DNA of 59,063 nucleotides, filler included, from Callorhinchus milii (GCF_018977255.1; 2 parts of 2 records of this genome joined end to end with filler, not necessarily neighbours in it), one strand, 5' to 3'. Positions 1 through 12,968 are shown, counted from the first letter of the whole stretch. Made by a program: numbers and translations. The notes: generated by a model not told the origin, from the sequence alone.

Positions 1-3000
1 CACACCGTTGCGCAAACACTGCCTTGTGCAAACACTGCCTTGCGCAAACACTGTCTTGCGCAAACACAGCCTTGCGCAAACACAGCCTTGCGCAAATACA
101 GTCTTGCGCAAACACAGCCTTGCGCAAACACAGCCTTGCGCAAACACAGCCTTGAGCAAACACAGCCTTGCGCAAACACAGCCTTTCGCAAACACAGCCT
201 TGCACAAACACAGCCTCGCGCAAACACAGCCTTGCGCAAACACAGTCTTGCGCAAACACAGCCTTGCGCAAACACAGCCTTGCGCAAACACAGCCTTGCG
301 CAAACACAGCCTTGCGCAAACACAGCCTTGCGCAAACACAGCCTTGAGCAAACACAACCCTGCGCAAACACAACCCTGCGCAAACACAACCTTGCGCAAA
401 CACACCGTTGCGCAAACACACCATTGCGCAAACACTGCCTTGCGCAAACACTGCCTTGCGCAAACACTGCCTTATGCAAACACTGTCTTGCGCAAACCGC
501 CGTGCGCAAAAACTATGGTGCGAAAGCAATGACATGCGCAAACAAGGCCGTGCGCAAACACAACCCTGCGCAAACATAACCTTGCGCAAACACAGCCTTG
601 CACAAACACAGCCTTGCGCAAACACAGCCTTGTGCAAACACAAGCTTGCGCAAACACAAGCTTGCGCGCACAACCCTGCGCGCACAACCCTGCGCAAACA
701 CAACCCTGCGCAAACACATGCTTGCGCAAACACAAGCTTGCGCAAACACAAGCTTGGGCAAACACAGCCTTGCGCAAACACAGGCTTGCGCAAACACAAG
801 CTTGCGCAAACACCAGCTTGCGCAAACACAACCCTGCGCGCACAACCCTGCGCAAACACAACCCTGCGCAAACACAACCCTGCGCAAACACAAGCTTGCG
901 CAAACACAAGCTTGGGCAAACACAGCCTTGCGCAAACACAGCCTTGCGCAAACACAGCCTTGCGCAAACACAAGCTTGCGCAAACACAACCCTGCGCAAA
1001 CACAACCTGCGCAAACACAACCCTGCGCAAACACAACCTTGCGCAAACATAACCCTGCGCAAACACAAGCATGCACAAACACATGCTTGCGCAAACACAA
1101 GCTTGCGCAAACACAAGCTTGCGCAAACACAACCCTGCGCAAACACAACCTGCGCAAACACAACCCTGCGCAAACACAACCTTGCGCAAACATAACCCTG
1201 CGCAAACACAAGCATTCACAAACACATGCTTGCGCAAACACAAGCTTGCGCAAACACAAGCTTGCGCAAACACACCGTTGCGCAAACACACCGTTGCGCA
1301 AACACTGCCTTATGCAAACACTGTCTTGCGCAAACCGCCGTGCGCAAAAACTACGGTGCCCAAGCAATGACACGCGCAAACAAGGCCGTGCGCAAACACA
1401 AGCTTGCGCAAACACAGCCTTGCGCAAACACAGCCTTGCGCAAACACAGCCTTGGGCAAACACAGCCTTGCGCAAACACAAGCTTGCGCAAACACAAGCT
1501 TGCGCACACAACCCTGCGCACACAACCCTGCGCAAACACAACCCTGCGCAAACACAACCCTGCGCAAACACATGCTTGCGCAAACACAAGCTTGCGCAAA
1601 CACAAGCTTGGTCAACACAGCCTTGCGCAAACACAGCCTTGCGCAAACACAACCCTGCGCAAACACAACCCTGCGCAAACACAACCTTGCGCAAACATAA
1701 CCCTGCGCAAACACAAGCATGCAGAAACACAAGCTTGCGCAAACACACCGTTGCGCAAACACACCGTTGCGCAAACACACCGTTGCGCAAACACTGCCTT
1801 GCGCAAACACTGCCTTATGCAAACACTGTCTTGCGCAAACACAGCCTTGCGCAAACACAGCCTTGCGCAAACACAGCCTTGCGCAAACACAGCCTTGCGC
1901 AAACACAGCCTTGCGCAAACACAGCCTTGCGCAAACACAGCCTTGCGCAAACACAGCCTTGCGCAAACACAGCCTTGCGCAAACACAGCCTTGCGCAAAC
2001 ACAGCCTTGCGCAAACACAGCCTTGCGCAAACACAAGCTTGCGCAAACACAAGCTTGCGCAAACACAACGTTGCGCAAACACACCGTTGCGCAAACACTG
2101 TCTTGCGCAAACCGCCGTGCGCAAAAACTACGGTGCGCAAGCAATGACATGCGCAAACAAGGCCGTGCGCAAACACAACCCTGCGCAAACATAAGCTTGC
2201 GCAAACACAGCCTTGCGCAAACACAGCCTTGGGCAAACACAGCCTTGCGCAAACACAGCCTTGCGCAAACACAGCATTGCGCAAACACAAGCTTGCGCAA
2301 ACACAACCCTGCGCAAACACAACCCTGCGCAAACACAACCCTGCGCAAACACAACCCTGCGCAAACACAACCCTGCGCAAACACAAGCATGCACAAACAC
2401 ATGCTTGCGCAAACACAAGCTTGCGCAAACACAAGCTTGCGCAAACACAAGCTTGCGCAAACACACCCTTGCGCAAACACACCGTTGCGCAAACACACCG
2501 TTGCGCAAACACTGCCTTGTGCAAACACTGCCTTGCGCAAACACTGCCTTGCGCAAACACAGCCTTGCGCAAACACAGCCTTGCGCAAACACAGCCTTGC
2601 GCAAACACAGCCTTGCGCAAACACAGCCTTGCGCAAACACAGCCTTGAGCAAACACAGCCTTGCGCAAACACAGCCTTGCGCAAACACAGCCTTGCACAA
2701 ACACTGCCTCACGCAAACACTGCCTTATGCAAACACTGTCTTGCGCAAACACAGCCTTGCGCAAACACAGCCTTGCGCAAACACAGCCTTGCGCAAACAC
2801 AGCCTTGCGCAAACACAGCCTTGCGCAAACACAGCCTTGCGCAAACACAACCCTGCGCAAACACAACCCTGCGCAAACACAACCTTGCGCAAACACACCG
2901 TTGCGCAAACACACCATTGCGCAAACACTGCCTTGCGCAAACACTGCCTTGCGCAAACACTGCCTTATGCAAACACTGTCTTGCGCAAACCGCCGTGCGC

Positions 3001-6000
3001 AAAAACTATGGTGCGCAAGCAATGACATGCGCAAACAAGGCCGTGCGCAAACACAACCCTGCGCAAACATAACCTTGCGCAAACACAGCCTTGCACAAAC
3101 ACAGCCTTGGGCAAACACAGCCTTGCGCAAACACAAGCTTGCACAAACACAAGCTTGCGCGCACAACCCTGCGCGCACAACCCTGCGCAAACACAACCCT
3201 GCGCAAACACATGCTTGCGCAAACACAAGCTTGCGCAAACACAAGCTTGGGCAAACACAGCCTTGCGCAAACACAGGCTTGCGCAAACACAAGCTTGCGC
3301 AAACACCAGCTTGCGCAAACACAACCCTGCGCGCACAACCCTGCGCAAACACAACCCTGCGCAAACACAACCCTGCGCAAACACAAGCTTGCGCAAACAC
3401 AAGCTTGGGCAAACACAGCCTTGCGCAAACACAGCCTTGCGCAAACACAAGCTTGCGCAAACACAAGCTTGCGCAAACACAACCCTGCGCAAACACAACC
3501 TGCGCAAACGCAACCCTGCGCAAACACAACCTTGCGCAAACATAACCCTGCGCAAACACAAGCATGCACAAACACATGCTTGCGCAAACAGAAGCTTGCG
3601 CAAACACAAGCTTGCGCAAACACAAGCTTGCGCAAACACAACCTGCGCAAACACAACCCTGCGCAAACACAACCTTGCGCAAACACAACCCTGCGCAAAC
3701 ACAAGCATTCACAAACACATGCTTGCGCAAACACAAGCTTGCGCAAACACAAGCTTGCGCAAACACACCGTTGCGCAAACACACCGTTGCGCAAACACTG
3801 CCTTATGCAAACACTGTCTTGCGCAAACCGCCGTGCGCAAAAACTACGGTGCCCAAGCAATGACACGCGCAAACAAGGCCGTGCGCAAACACAAGCTTGC
3901 GCAAACACAGCCTTGCGCAAACACAGCCTTGCGCAAACACAGCCTTGGGCAAACACAGCCTTGCGCAAACACAAGCTTGCGCAAACACAAGCTTGCGCAC
4001 ACAACCCTGCGCACACAACGCTGCGCAAACACAACCCTACGCAAACACAACCCTGCGCAAACACATGCTTGCGCAAACACAAGCTTGCGCAAACACAAGC
4101 TTGGGCAACACAGCCTTGCGCAAACACAACCCTGCGCAAACACAACCCTGCGCAAACACAACCTTGCGCAAACATAACCCTGCGCAAACACAAGCATGCA
4201 CAAACACAAGCTTGCGCAAACACACCGTTGCGCAAACACACCGTTGCGCAAACACACCGTTGCGCAAACACTGCCTTGCGCAAACACTGCCTTATGCAAA
4301 CACTGTCTTGCGCAAAACACAGCCTTGCGCAAACACAGCCTTGCGCAAACACAGCCTTGCGCAAACACAGCCTTGCGCAAACACAGCCTTGCGCAAACAC
4401 AGCCTTGCGCAAACACAGCCTTGCGCAAACACAGCCTTGCGCAAACACAGCCTTGCGCAAACACAGCCTTGCGCAAACACAGCCTTGCGCAAACACAAGC
4501 TTGCGCAAACACAAGCTTGCGCAAACACACCGTTGCGCAAACACACCGTTGCGCAAACACTGCCTTGCGCAAACACTGCCTTGCGCAAACACTGCCTTAT
4601 GCAAACACTGTCTTGCGCAAACCGCCGTGCGCAAAAACTATGGTGCGCAAGCAATGACATGCGCAAACAAGGCCGTGCGCAAACACAACCCTGCGCAAAC
4701 ATAACCTTGCGCAAACACAGCCTTGCACAAACACAGCCTTGGGCAAACACAGCCTTGCGCAAACACAAGCTTGCGCAAACACAAGCTTGCACAAACACAA
4801 GCTTGCGCGCACAATCCTGCGCGCACAACCCTGCGCAAACACAACCCTGCGCAAACACATGCTTGCGCAAACACAAGCTTGCGCAAACACCAGCTTTCGC
4901 AAACACAACCCTGCGCAAACACAACCTGCGCAAACGCAAACCTGCGCAAACACAACCTTGCGCTAACATAACCCTGCGCAAACACAAGCATGCACAAACA
5001 CATGCTTGCGCAAACACAAGCTTGCGCAAACACAAGCTTGCGCAAACACAAGCTTGTGCAAACACACCGTTGCGCAAACACACCGTTGCGCAAACACACC
5101 GTTGCGCAAACACTGCCTTGCGCAAACACTGCCTTGCGCAAACACTGCCTTATGCAAACACTGTCTTGCGCAAACCGCCGTGCGCAAAAACTACGGTGCC
5201 CAAGCAATGACACGCGCAAACAAGGCCGTGCGCAAACACAAGCTTGCGCAAACACAGCCTTGCGCAAACACAAGCTTGCGCAAACACAGCCTTGCGCAAA
5301 CACAGCCTTGGGCAAACACAGCCTTGCGCAAACACAGCCTTGCGCAAACACAAGCTTGCGCAAACACAACCCTGCGCAAACATAAGCTTGCGCAAACACA
5401 GCCTTGCGCAAACACAGCCTTGGGCAAACACAGCCTTGCGCAAACACAGCCTTGCGCAAACACAAGCTTGCGCGCACAACCCTGCGCACACAACGCTGCG
5501 CAAACACAACCCTACGCAGACACAACCCTGCGCAAACACATGCTTGCGCAAACACAAGCTTGCGCAAACACAAGCTTGGGCAAACACAGCCTTGCGCAAA
5601 CACAGCCTTGCGCAAACACAAGCTTGCGCAAACACAAGCTTGCGCAAACACAACCCTGCGCACACACAACCCTGCGCAAACACAACCCTGCGCAAACACA
5701 ACCTTGCGCAAACATAACCCTGCGCAAACACATGCTTGCGCAAACACAAGCTTGCGCAAACACAAGCTTGCGCAAACACACCGTTGCGCAAACACACCGT
5801 TGCGCAAACACACCGTTGCGCAAACACTGCCTTGCGCAAACACTGCCTTGCGCAAACACTGCCTTATGCAAACACTGTCTTGCGCAAACACAGCCTTGCG
5901 CAAACACAGCCTTGCGCAAACACAGCCTTGCGCAAACACAGCCTTGCGCAAACACAGCCTTGCGCAAACACAGCCTTGAGCAAACACAGCCTTGCGCAAA

Positions 6001-7233
6001 CACAGCCTTGCGCAAACACAGCCTTGCGCAAACACAGCCTTGCGCAAACACAGCCTTGCGCAAACACAGCCTTGCGCAAACACAGCATTGCGCAAACACA
6101 GCATTGCGCAAACACAAGCTAGCGCAAACACAAGCATGCGCAAACACAACCCTGCGCAAACACAACCCTGCGCAAACACAAGCATGCACAAACACATGCT
6201 TGCGCAAACACAAGCTTGCGCAAACACAAGCTTGCGCAAACACACCGTTGCGCAAACACACCGTTGCGCAAACACACCGTTGCGCAAACACTGCCTTGCG
6301 CAAACACTGCCTTGCGCAAACACTGCCTTATGCAAACACTGTCTTGCGCAAACCGCCGTGCGCAAAAACTACGGTGCCCAAGCAATGACACGCGCAAACA
6401 AGGCCGTGCGCAAACACAAGCTTGCGCAAACACAGCCTTGCGCAAACACAAGCTTGCGCAAACACAACCCTGCGCAAACATAAGCTTGCGCAAACACAGC
6501 CTTGCGCAAACACAGCCTTGGGCAAACACAGCCTTGCGCAAACACAAGCTTGCGCAAACACAAGCTTGCGCGCACAACCCTGCGCACACAACGCTGCGCA
6601 AACACAACCCTACGCAAACACAACCCTGCGCAAACACATGCTTGCGCAAACACAAGCTTGCGCAAACACAAGCTTGGGCAAACACAGCCTTGCGCAAACA
6701 CAGCCTTGCGCAAACACAGCCTTGCGCAAACACAACCCTGCGCAAACACAACCCTGCGCAAACACAACCCTGCGCAAACACAACCTTGCGCAAACATAAC
6801 CCTGCGCAAACACAAGCATGCACAAACACATGCTTGCGCAAACACAAGCTTGCGCAAACACAAGCTTGCGCAAACACACCGTTGCGCAAACACACCGTTG
6901 CGCAAACACACCGTTGCGCAAACATTGCCTTGCGAAAACACTGCCTTGCGCAAACACTGCCTTGCGCAAACACTGCCTTGCGCAAACACTGCCTTGCGCA
7001 AACACTGTGTTGCGCAAACACAGCCTTGCGCAAACACAGCCTTGAGCAAACACAGCCTTGCGCAAACACAGCCTTGCGCAAACACAGCCTTGCGCAAACA
7101 CAGCCTTGCGCAAACACAGCCTTGTGCAAACACAGCCTTGCGCAAACACAGCCTTGCGCAAACACAGCCTTGCGCAAACACAGACTTGCGCAAACACAGC
7201 ATTGCGCAAACACAATCTAGCGCAAACACAACC
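1..7233. repeat. 16-bp satellite array (consensus TGCGCAAACACAGCCT, about 450 units) with higher-order repeat structure; runs off the window start
   Basis: Direct tandem repetition of TGCGCAAACAC plus a variable 5-mer (AGCCT, AAGCT, AACCC, ACCGT, TGCCT). A landmark variant block CCGCCGTGCGCAAAAACT recurs at 497, 1335, 2112, 2990, 3828, 4622, 5175 and 6353. Confidence 0.97.
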
Positions 7234-8444
7234 CGCTCTTACCTTTCCCACCGTCTTCACTTCGTCTCAACGAATGGCTTCTCCTCCACCCCCCGTACTG
7301 TCTCATGTGGTGTCCCTCAGGGCTCTGTCCTCGGTCCCCTCCTCTTCACCCTCTATATGCTCCCCCTCGGTGACATCATCCGCAAACATGGGGTTAACTT
7401 CCACATGTATGCGGATGACACCCAACTCTACCTTTCCTCCTCTACTCTCAACTCCACGACCACCGATGTCCTGACAGCTGCCTGTCCGACATCGAGTCCT
7501 GGACGAGAGACAACTTTCTTCAGCTCAACGTGCGAAAAACCGAGGCCCTCCTGATTGGCTCACGTCAGCGCCTCCGCACCTCAGGCGCTGACACCATCAG
7601 CATCCAAGGCTGCACTCTCCACCTCTCAAAGCCAGTCAGGAACCTCGGCGTTTTGTTCGACCCTGAGCTGTCCTTTCTCCCTCACATCCGCACCACAACT
7701 GGCACCGCCTTCCATCACCTCCGGAATATCGCCAGATTACGGCACTACCTCACCCCTCACGCTGCTGAAACCCTGGTTCACGCCTTTGTCACCTCAAGGC
7801 TGGACTATGGGAACTCTCTCCTCGCGGCCTTCCCGCCACCTCCCTCCACAAGCTGCAGGTCATTCAGAACTCTGCAGCTCGTGTACTGTCCCGCACCAGA
7901 CACCGCGACCACATCACTCCCACCCTCGCTCCCTCCACTGGCTCCCCATCCCCAGAGGATTGATTTCAAGATCCTCATCCTCACCTACAAGGCCATTCAC
8001 GGCCTTGCTCCCTCCTACCTCTCCAACCTACTATCCCCTACCTACCTGCCCGTACCCTCCGTTCCTCTGGCTCCGGTCTGCTCCACATCCCCCGCCCCAA
8101 CCGCCCTACCATCGGTGGTCGGGCCTTCAGCCTCTCAGCCCCGAGGCTCTGGAACTCCATCCCCCAGTGCCTTCGCCGCTTCCTCCCTTTCCTCCTTCAA
8201 GGCCGGTCTCAAAACCTTTCTCTTTGACCGTGCCTTCAGCTCCCCTCTCGACTCTCTTCCTCCTCCTCGCTCCCTCCCTTCCCTCCCCTCACCCTGACCA
8301 TTTCCCCCCTCCTCTCTCCCTCCCTTCCCTCCCCTCACCCTGACCATTTCCCCCCTGCTCGGGTCATGACCCAACTGTGCAGCGCCTTGGGACGTCCTCC
8401 TGACGTGAAAGGCGCTCTATAAATGGAATCTTGTTGTTGTTGTA
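7234..8444 (+). mobile_element. 5'-truncated L2-clade LINE (C-terminal RT region, 3' UTR, stem-loop tail)
   Basis: Translation gives [56 protein letters not shown] and LVHAFVTSRLDYGNSLL, with frameshifts. Ends in GCGCCTTGGGACGTCCTCCTGACGTGAAAGGCGCTCTATAAAT followed by (TTG)n. Confidence 0.93.
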
Positions 8445-9289
8445 GAAACACATACTCGATCACAGTTACGCAGACAGATAAACACACACACCCGCTACAA
8501 GTCAAGAGACGCGATTTAGCAGCCAATAAACATTTCCACAGTCACTAAACTCCAGACACGGCCAATAAACAACAGCTGCAAACGCCTACCAGTAAACACC
8601 AGCCATAACTACTAAACACCACCACAGCCACGAAACAACAGCGAGCAGCCAATAAACACCAGCTTACAGCCACTGAACAGACTGGGAGAATCAATATCGA
8701 TTCCACTGAGAAATGTGCAGACCCTCAACACATATCCAACTCATCCAAAATTANTTTTTTTTTGTGTGTGTATCTACCTCCACCTCCGGTTATCACAGAG
8801 GAAGGCCCCACCCTTCACGGGTATTATACAGAGAGAGAGAGATAGATAGAGATGGACAACTTCTGAGCAGCCTTTCACGATCTGCTTTTTTCTCAGACTT
8901 AAGTTCGGCAGATGTCTGAAGCTTCAGCCTTTAATTTCTGTGGTCCAGTGATCTTACATCTGTGCTGAAGGATCTAATTGCTCTTTGTTTCAGAGGTGTG
9001 AACTTCTTTCCTGCAAAATATGGAATGTATTAGGAAGCTGATCTCGATCAGTCCAGCAAAGCTCTGCTTAACCCCAAGGGGCAAGGAAAGGGGGGCTGTA
9101 AATTGGGTGGTTGTATGAAAGGTTAGAGGGATTGCGGGTGGGTAATTTGACGAGCAAAGTGCTATATCAAGGTCAAGTTATGTGTTTTTTAATAATCTGC
9201 ATGTTATCTTCATCAAATTGAAAAGGTACAACAGAGAATAAGGCGGTACTAGTTAACAGAGCAAAGTTTCCGCAAGTACCCAGCGGGCG

Positions 9290-9510
9290 GCCCTCAGCCA
9301 TTCTGCCCCACTCGCTGGTACTCCATCCCACAGTCCCTCTGCCTCGCCCTCTCCATTGGCTTTTTGAAGACCCATCTCAAGACCCTCCACTACGACCGTG
9401 GCTTTGCCCCCTCCCCAATCCCAACCCACAGCTCAGGTCTGACTGTCCAGTGCCTCGGGACATCCTCCCGATGCGAATGCTGCTGTACAAATGTGATGTT
9501 ATTCTTGTTC
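9290..9510 (+). mobile_element. old, degenerate L2 3' end
   Basis: Weak similarity to the L2 tail (CAGTGCCTCGGGACATCCTCCCGATGCGAATGCTGCTGTACAAATG). Confidence 0.4.
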
Positions 9511-10299
9511 TAACCTTCAGATGTTTAGGTTTTCACCAGTTGTCTTCTCCGTCAGAAACTTACAAAACAAACGAAATTATCATGAACTCTCTCCTCGAGA
9601 TATTTGTCCTTCATATCGACGTTGATGTGAAACCTAAAAGCCACAGTGAACCCGCGATTCAATGCCATTCCAGCGCTTGGCTCTCAGTGTCAGAGAACAC
9701 AGACAATTCATTGAAGGATATTCTGTGAAGACGCGATAAGGCGCTGTACCAAATGCAAGAATTATTATTATTATATTAAATTAGTCATATAAAATGCTAT
9801 GATCTGGACCGATACAACTTCTGTCATGTTTTAACAGTATAATGTTGAGGTGTTGCTGGATGGCTATTTGATGTCTGTTGGATCAGAATGGAATCTTTTC
9901 TAATCCAAAGCGTCCACATCTCTTCATTTATTTCCAATGCTGAACATTAGTGCCCTTATGGTTTCCGGAGTGTTATTTGAAGGCGGCGATATAATCGGTG
10001 GAGTCCTGTAGCGGAAGCAGTTAGTGCAAACACCAGTAATTTGAGAGATAACACTGATAATATTTGCATTTGTTATGGCGCCGCATCACATCTTAAAGCG
10101 CAACACAGGATATAGTGTAAAGTGAACTCACTGTGTGTATTGTGGGCAATATATTTGGGTGAGGCCCCAATGTCTGGGCTCTCTGTGGATCAAGTGCGTG
10201 GATGACTGTAGTGACGGGATCCGCCTTTGTCATTCGGGTAAAAAATTCCAGAATTGTTTGTGTGGGTTATTCATTGGCGTCGGGAGGCCTCAGTGTGAG

Positions 10300-10700
10300 G
10301 TTTAAACGGTCGATGGGTTCAGTCGCCTCTGTCGGTCGGTTGTCTCTCTCTCTCTCTGTGTGTCTCTCGTCGCCTGACTTTGGCGCCTCTTTTTCCCTCT
10401 GACTCGGCGCCTGCGCAGTGGTGTCCCTGAGCGCGAGGCAGACGTTTTTTTTTGAACTCGGCGCCTGCGCAGTGCCGCCTCTGTCTGTCCGCGCGCTTGG
10501 CCGACGGTTTTTTTTTGAACTCGGCGCCTGCGCAGTTGTGTCTCCGCGCGCGAGGCCGACGGTTTTTTTTTGAACTCGGCGCCTGCGCAGTGCCGTCTCC
10601 GGGCGCGGGGCTGACGGTGTTTCGGGGCGCGGCGCCTGTCTGTCTGAGCGCGAGGCGGGACCGCGGGAGGTGGTGATGGCGGCGGAGACGACGGTCAGTG
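10300..10700 (+). promoter_or_regulatory. CpG-island promoter with four NRF1-type GCGCCTGCGCA sites in ~55-63 bp tandem units
   Basis: High CpG density. GCGCCTGCGCA at 10407, 10461, 10524 and 10579. ATGGCGGC (YY1-like, good start context) at 10676. Confidence 0.7.
10676..10693 (+). CDS. putative first coding exon (MAAETT), phase-0 donor
   Basis: gtgATGGCGGCGGAGACGACG|GTCAGT at the 3' edge of the CpG island. No homology recognised. Confidence 0.4.
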
Positions 10701-10706
10701 TCGGTG

Positions 10707-11230
10707 ACAGAGAGAGAGAGAGTGTGAGAGAGAGTGAGAATGTGAGTGTGAGTGTGAGACAGAGAGAGTGAGAGAATGTGTGAGAGAGTGTGTTAGCGTG
10801 TGAGAGAGCGACAGTGTGACAGAGAGAGTGAGAGAAAGGTGTGAGAGTGTGAGAGTGAGTGAGTGTGTGAGAGAGTGAGAGTGTGTGAGAGAGCGTTTGA
10901 GAGAGATAGAGTGTGTTAGAGAATGTATGAGAGAGTGAGAGTGTGAGAGATAGACTGTGAGAGAGAGTGTGTGAGAGAGTGAGAGTGTGAGAGAGAGACT
11001 GTGTGAGAGAGAGAGTGAGAGAGTGAGAGTGTGAGAGATAGAGTGTGTTAGAGAGAGAATGTGTGAGAGAGTGAGAGTGTGAGAGATAGACTGTGAGAGA
11101 GATAGATTGTGTAAGAGAGAGAATGTGTGAGAGAGTGAGAGTGTGAGAGATAGAGTTTGAGAGAGAGAGAGTGTGAGAGATAGAGAAAGAGTGAGAGTGA
11201 GAGATAGAGAGAGAGTGTGTGAGAGAGTGG
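10707..11230. repeat. (GA)/(GT) compound microsatellite
   Basis: Direct inspection. Confidence 0.9.
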
Positions 11231-12439
11231 AATTGTGTGTTTCTGTGTATAATATTATTAAGTTTTATGGTCCGAACTGATATGACTTCTGTGATGATGT
11301 ATTGAGGAACATTGAGCGGTTTCGGGGCGGATGATATTCCCGTCTCATTTGCCTGTTGTACACTGTGGGATCAGACGGGACCTTCATTCCAGGCCGAGGG
11401 GAGAGAGGGACTGAAGCTCCAACAATATTCTTCCACATTCATTCATCCATTTCTGATTCGGGGTATTATTTTTCTCGCGGTTTGTGGGGATGTGATCTGT
11501 GCGGAGCGGTTTAATCGGTGGAGTCCTGTAGTGTCGTAGTGAGTGCAGTCACTCGTCATTTGAGTGTTTGCAGTAACAATCCTTGTGTTTGGTACCGAGT
11601 GCACACAAACACACACACACACACAGACAGAGACACACAGACAAACAGACACACACACAGACACACACTCTCAATCTCTGTCAGTCTCTGTCACTCTCTC
11701 GCTCACACTCTCTCCTCTCACACACATTGAACCAGGCTGACGCATAGAGACACACACAGACACCGAGCCACTGACATACATAGACACACACACACGCACT
11801 GACATACACAGACACACACACAAACACTGACATACACACATACAGACACCGAGCCAGAGGGAGTTTGACAGAGGTAGAGACAGATTGATTGTTACAGAGA
11901 CTGATAGAAGCGAAACAGAGTGTGAGAGCGTGAGTGAGAAAAGAGGGCGAGAGTGATTGACATAAATGGTGGATGGAGTGAAATAGACAGACGGGCTGTG
12001 GCGAGAGTAAGAAAGCGAGACAGAGAGAGAAAGCAGAGACAGAGAGTGAAAGGGAATGATTGAGCGTGTGGGAGGAGAAAGTGTTTGCGAAAGAGGAGAG
12101 TGAAGAGGGGGAGTGAGTGACAGAGAAAGTGGAGATAGAGAGAGTGTGAGAGGGGAAAGAGAGTGTGAGAGCGGTGATGTTTTTTGTGAGAAAGGGTGTG
12201 TGAGAGGGTAACAGAGAGGGAGGGAATGTGTGAGAGAAACAAAGGGAGAGAGAGCAGAGACTGATTGAGAGAGTGATATGGACAGAGTGTGAGTTGAAAG
12301 AGTGAAAATGAGCGAGAAAATCCACAACATTTAACACAATATTAAAAACATTGGCATTTCCAATAACGTTATTTCTTCCTTTCCCATTTAGTTTTTCGAG
12401 AAATCCCTGAAGCCAAACTTTTGTACCACACCCACAAAC

Positions 12440-12700
12440 AAAGAACCATAGAGATGTACAGCACAGACGAAGATTATTCAGCTTACGGTGGATGTGGTGG
12501 CACTTTTTGATATCAATTCTTTCAGTCCCGTTTCCCTGCTCTGTTCCCTAATCCACTTTTAGATAGTTCACTCCATTCATATCGATATGTAGACATGTTT
12601 TGAAAACCAATATGGATTCTGCATCAACATCATTCCCGCTCGGGCTTTCCATAACCCAACAACCTAATGTGTAGGACAACATATACCACAAACCTCCTCA
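12440..12700 (-). mobile_element. degenerate CR1 3' fragment, repeated in all six sub-units
   Basis: Minus-strand translation of paralogous copies reads VVGLWKSLEGVVFEAESILTSKT, typical of the CR1 ORF2 C-terminus. Confidence 0.55.
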
Positions 12701-12886
12701 TTTACTAGTTTGCTATCTCTCTATCTTAAATTGATGCTTTAAGAACTGAACCTCGACCAGTGGAACTTTTATAGCAGGTAAAGATTGAGTTTCTGTGGAA
12801 ATCTCCTAGGGAACAGGGCGAGGCTATGATTTACTGCCAGATGTTAGCTGCTGGACTCTGGCCAGGGTGTGTTATTACCTCTACAG

Positions 12887-12968
12887 CTCAGAACACTGAA
12901 GCCACATCACGAAGAGGCTCGGGAACCAGAGGCAGGAACCGCAGCTCAGTCAGTGGGGAAACAAGACG
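12887..12968 (+). CDS. repeated 82-nt exon, copy 1 (xQNTEATSRRGSGTRGRNRSSVSGETR)
   Basis: TTACCTCTACAG acceptor and GTGAGT donor. Open in the phase 1 to phase 2 frame. Confidence 0.55.

Noticed and set aside
1..7233. CRISPR-like repeat/spacer appearance
   Set aside because: The variable part is only about 5 nt and recurrent, there are no unique spacers or cas genes, and the context is vertebrate.
8..7260. Dozens of long ORFs (up to 824 aa) on both strands, such as [16 protein letters not shown] repeats
   Set aside because: The 16-bp monomer has no stop codon in any frame, so all six frames are open and give the same 16-aa period. Indels shift frames freely. Not evidence of coding.
8500..8680. 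Cluster of CCAAT boxes (RGCCAATAAAC at 8521, 8561 and 8648)
   Set aside because: Part of a short degenerate tandem repeat next to an L2 tail, with no associated TSS features.
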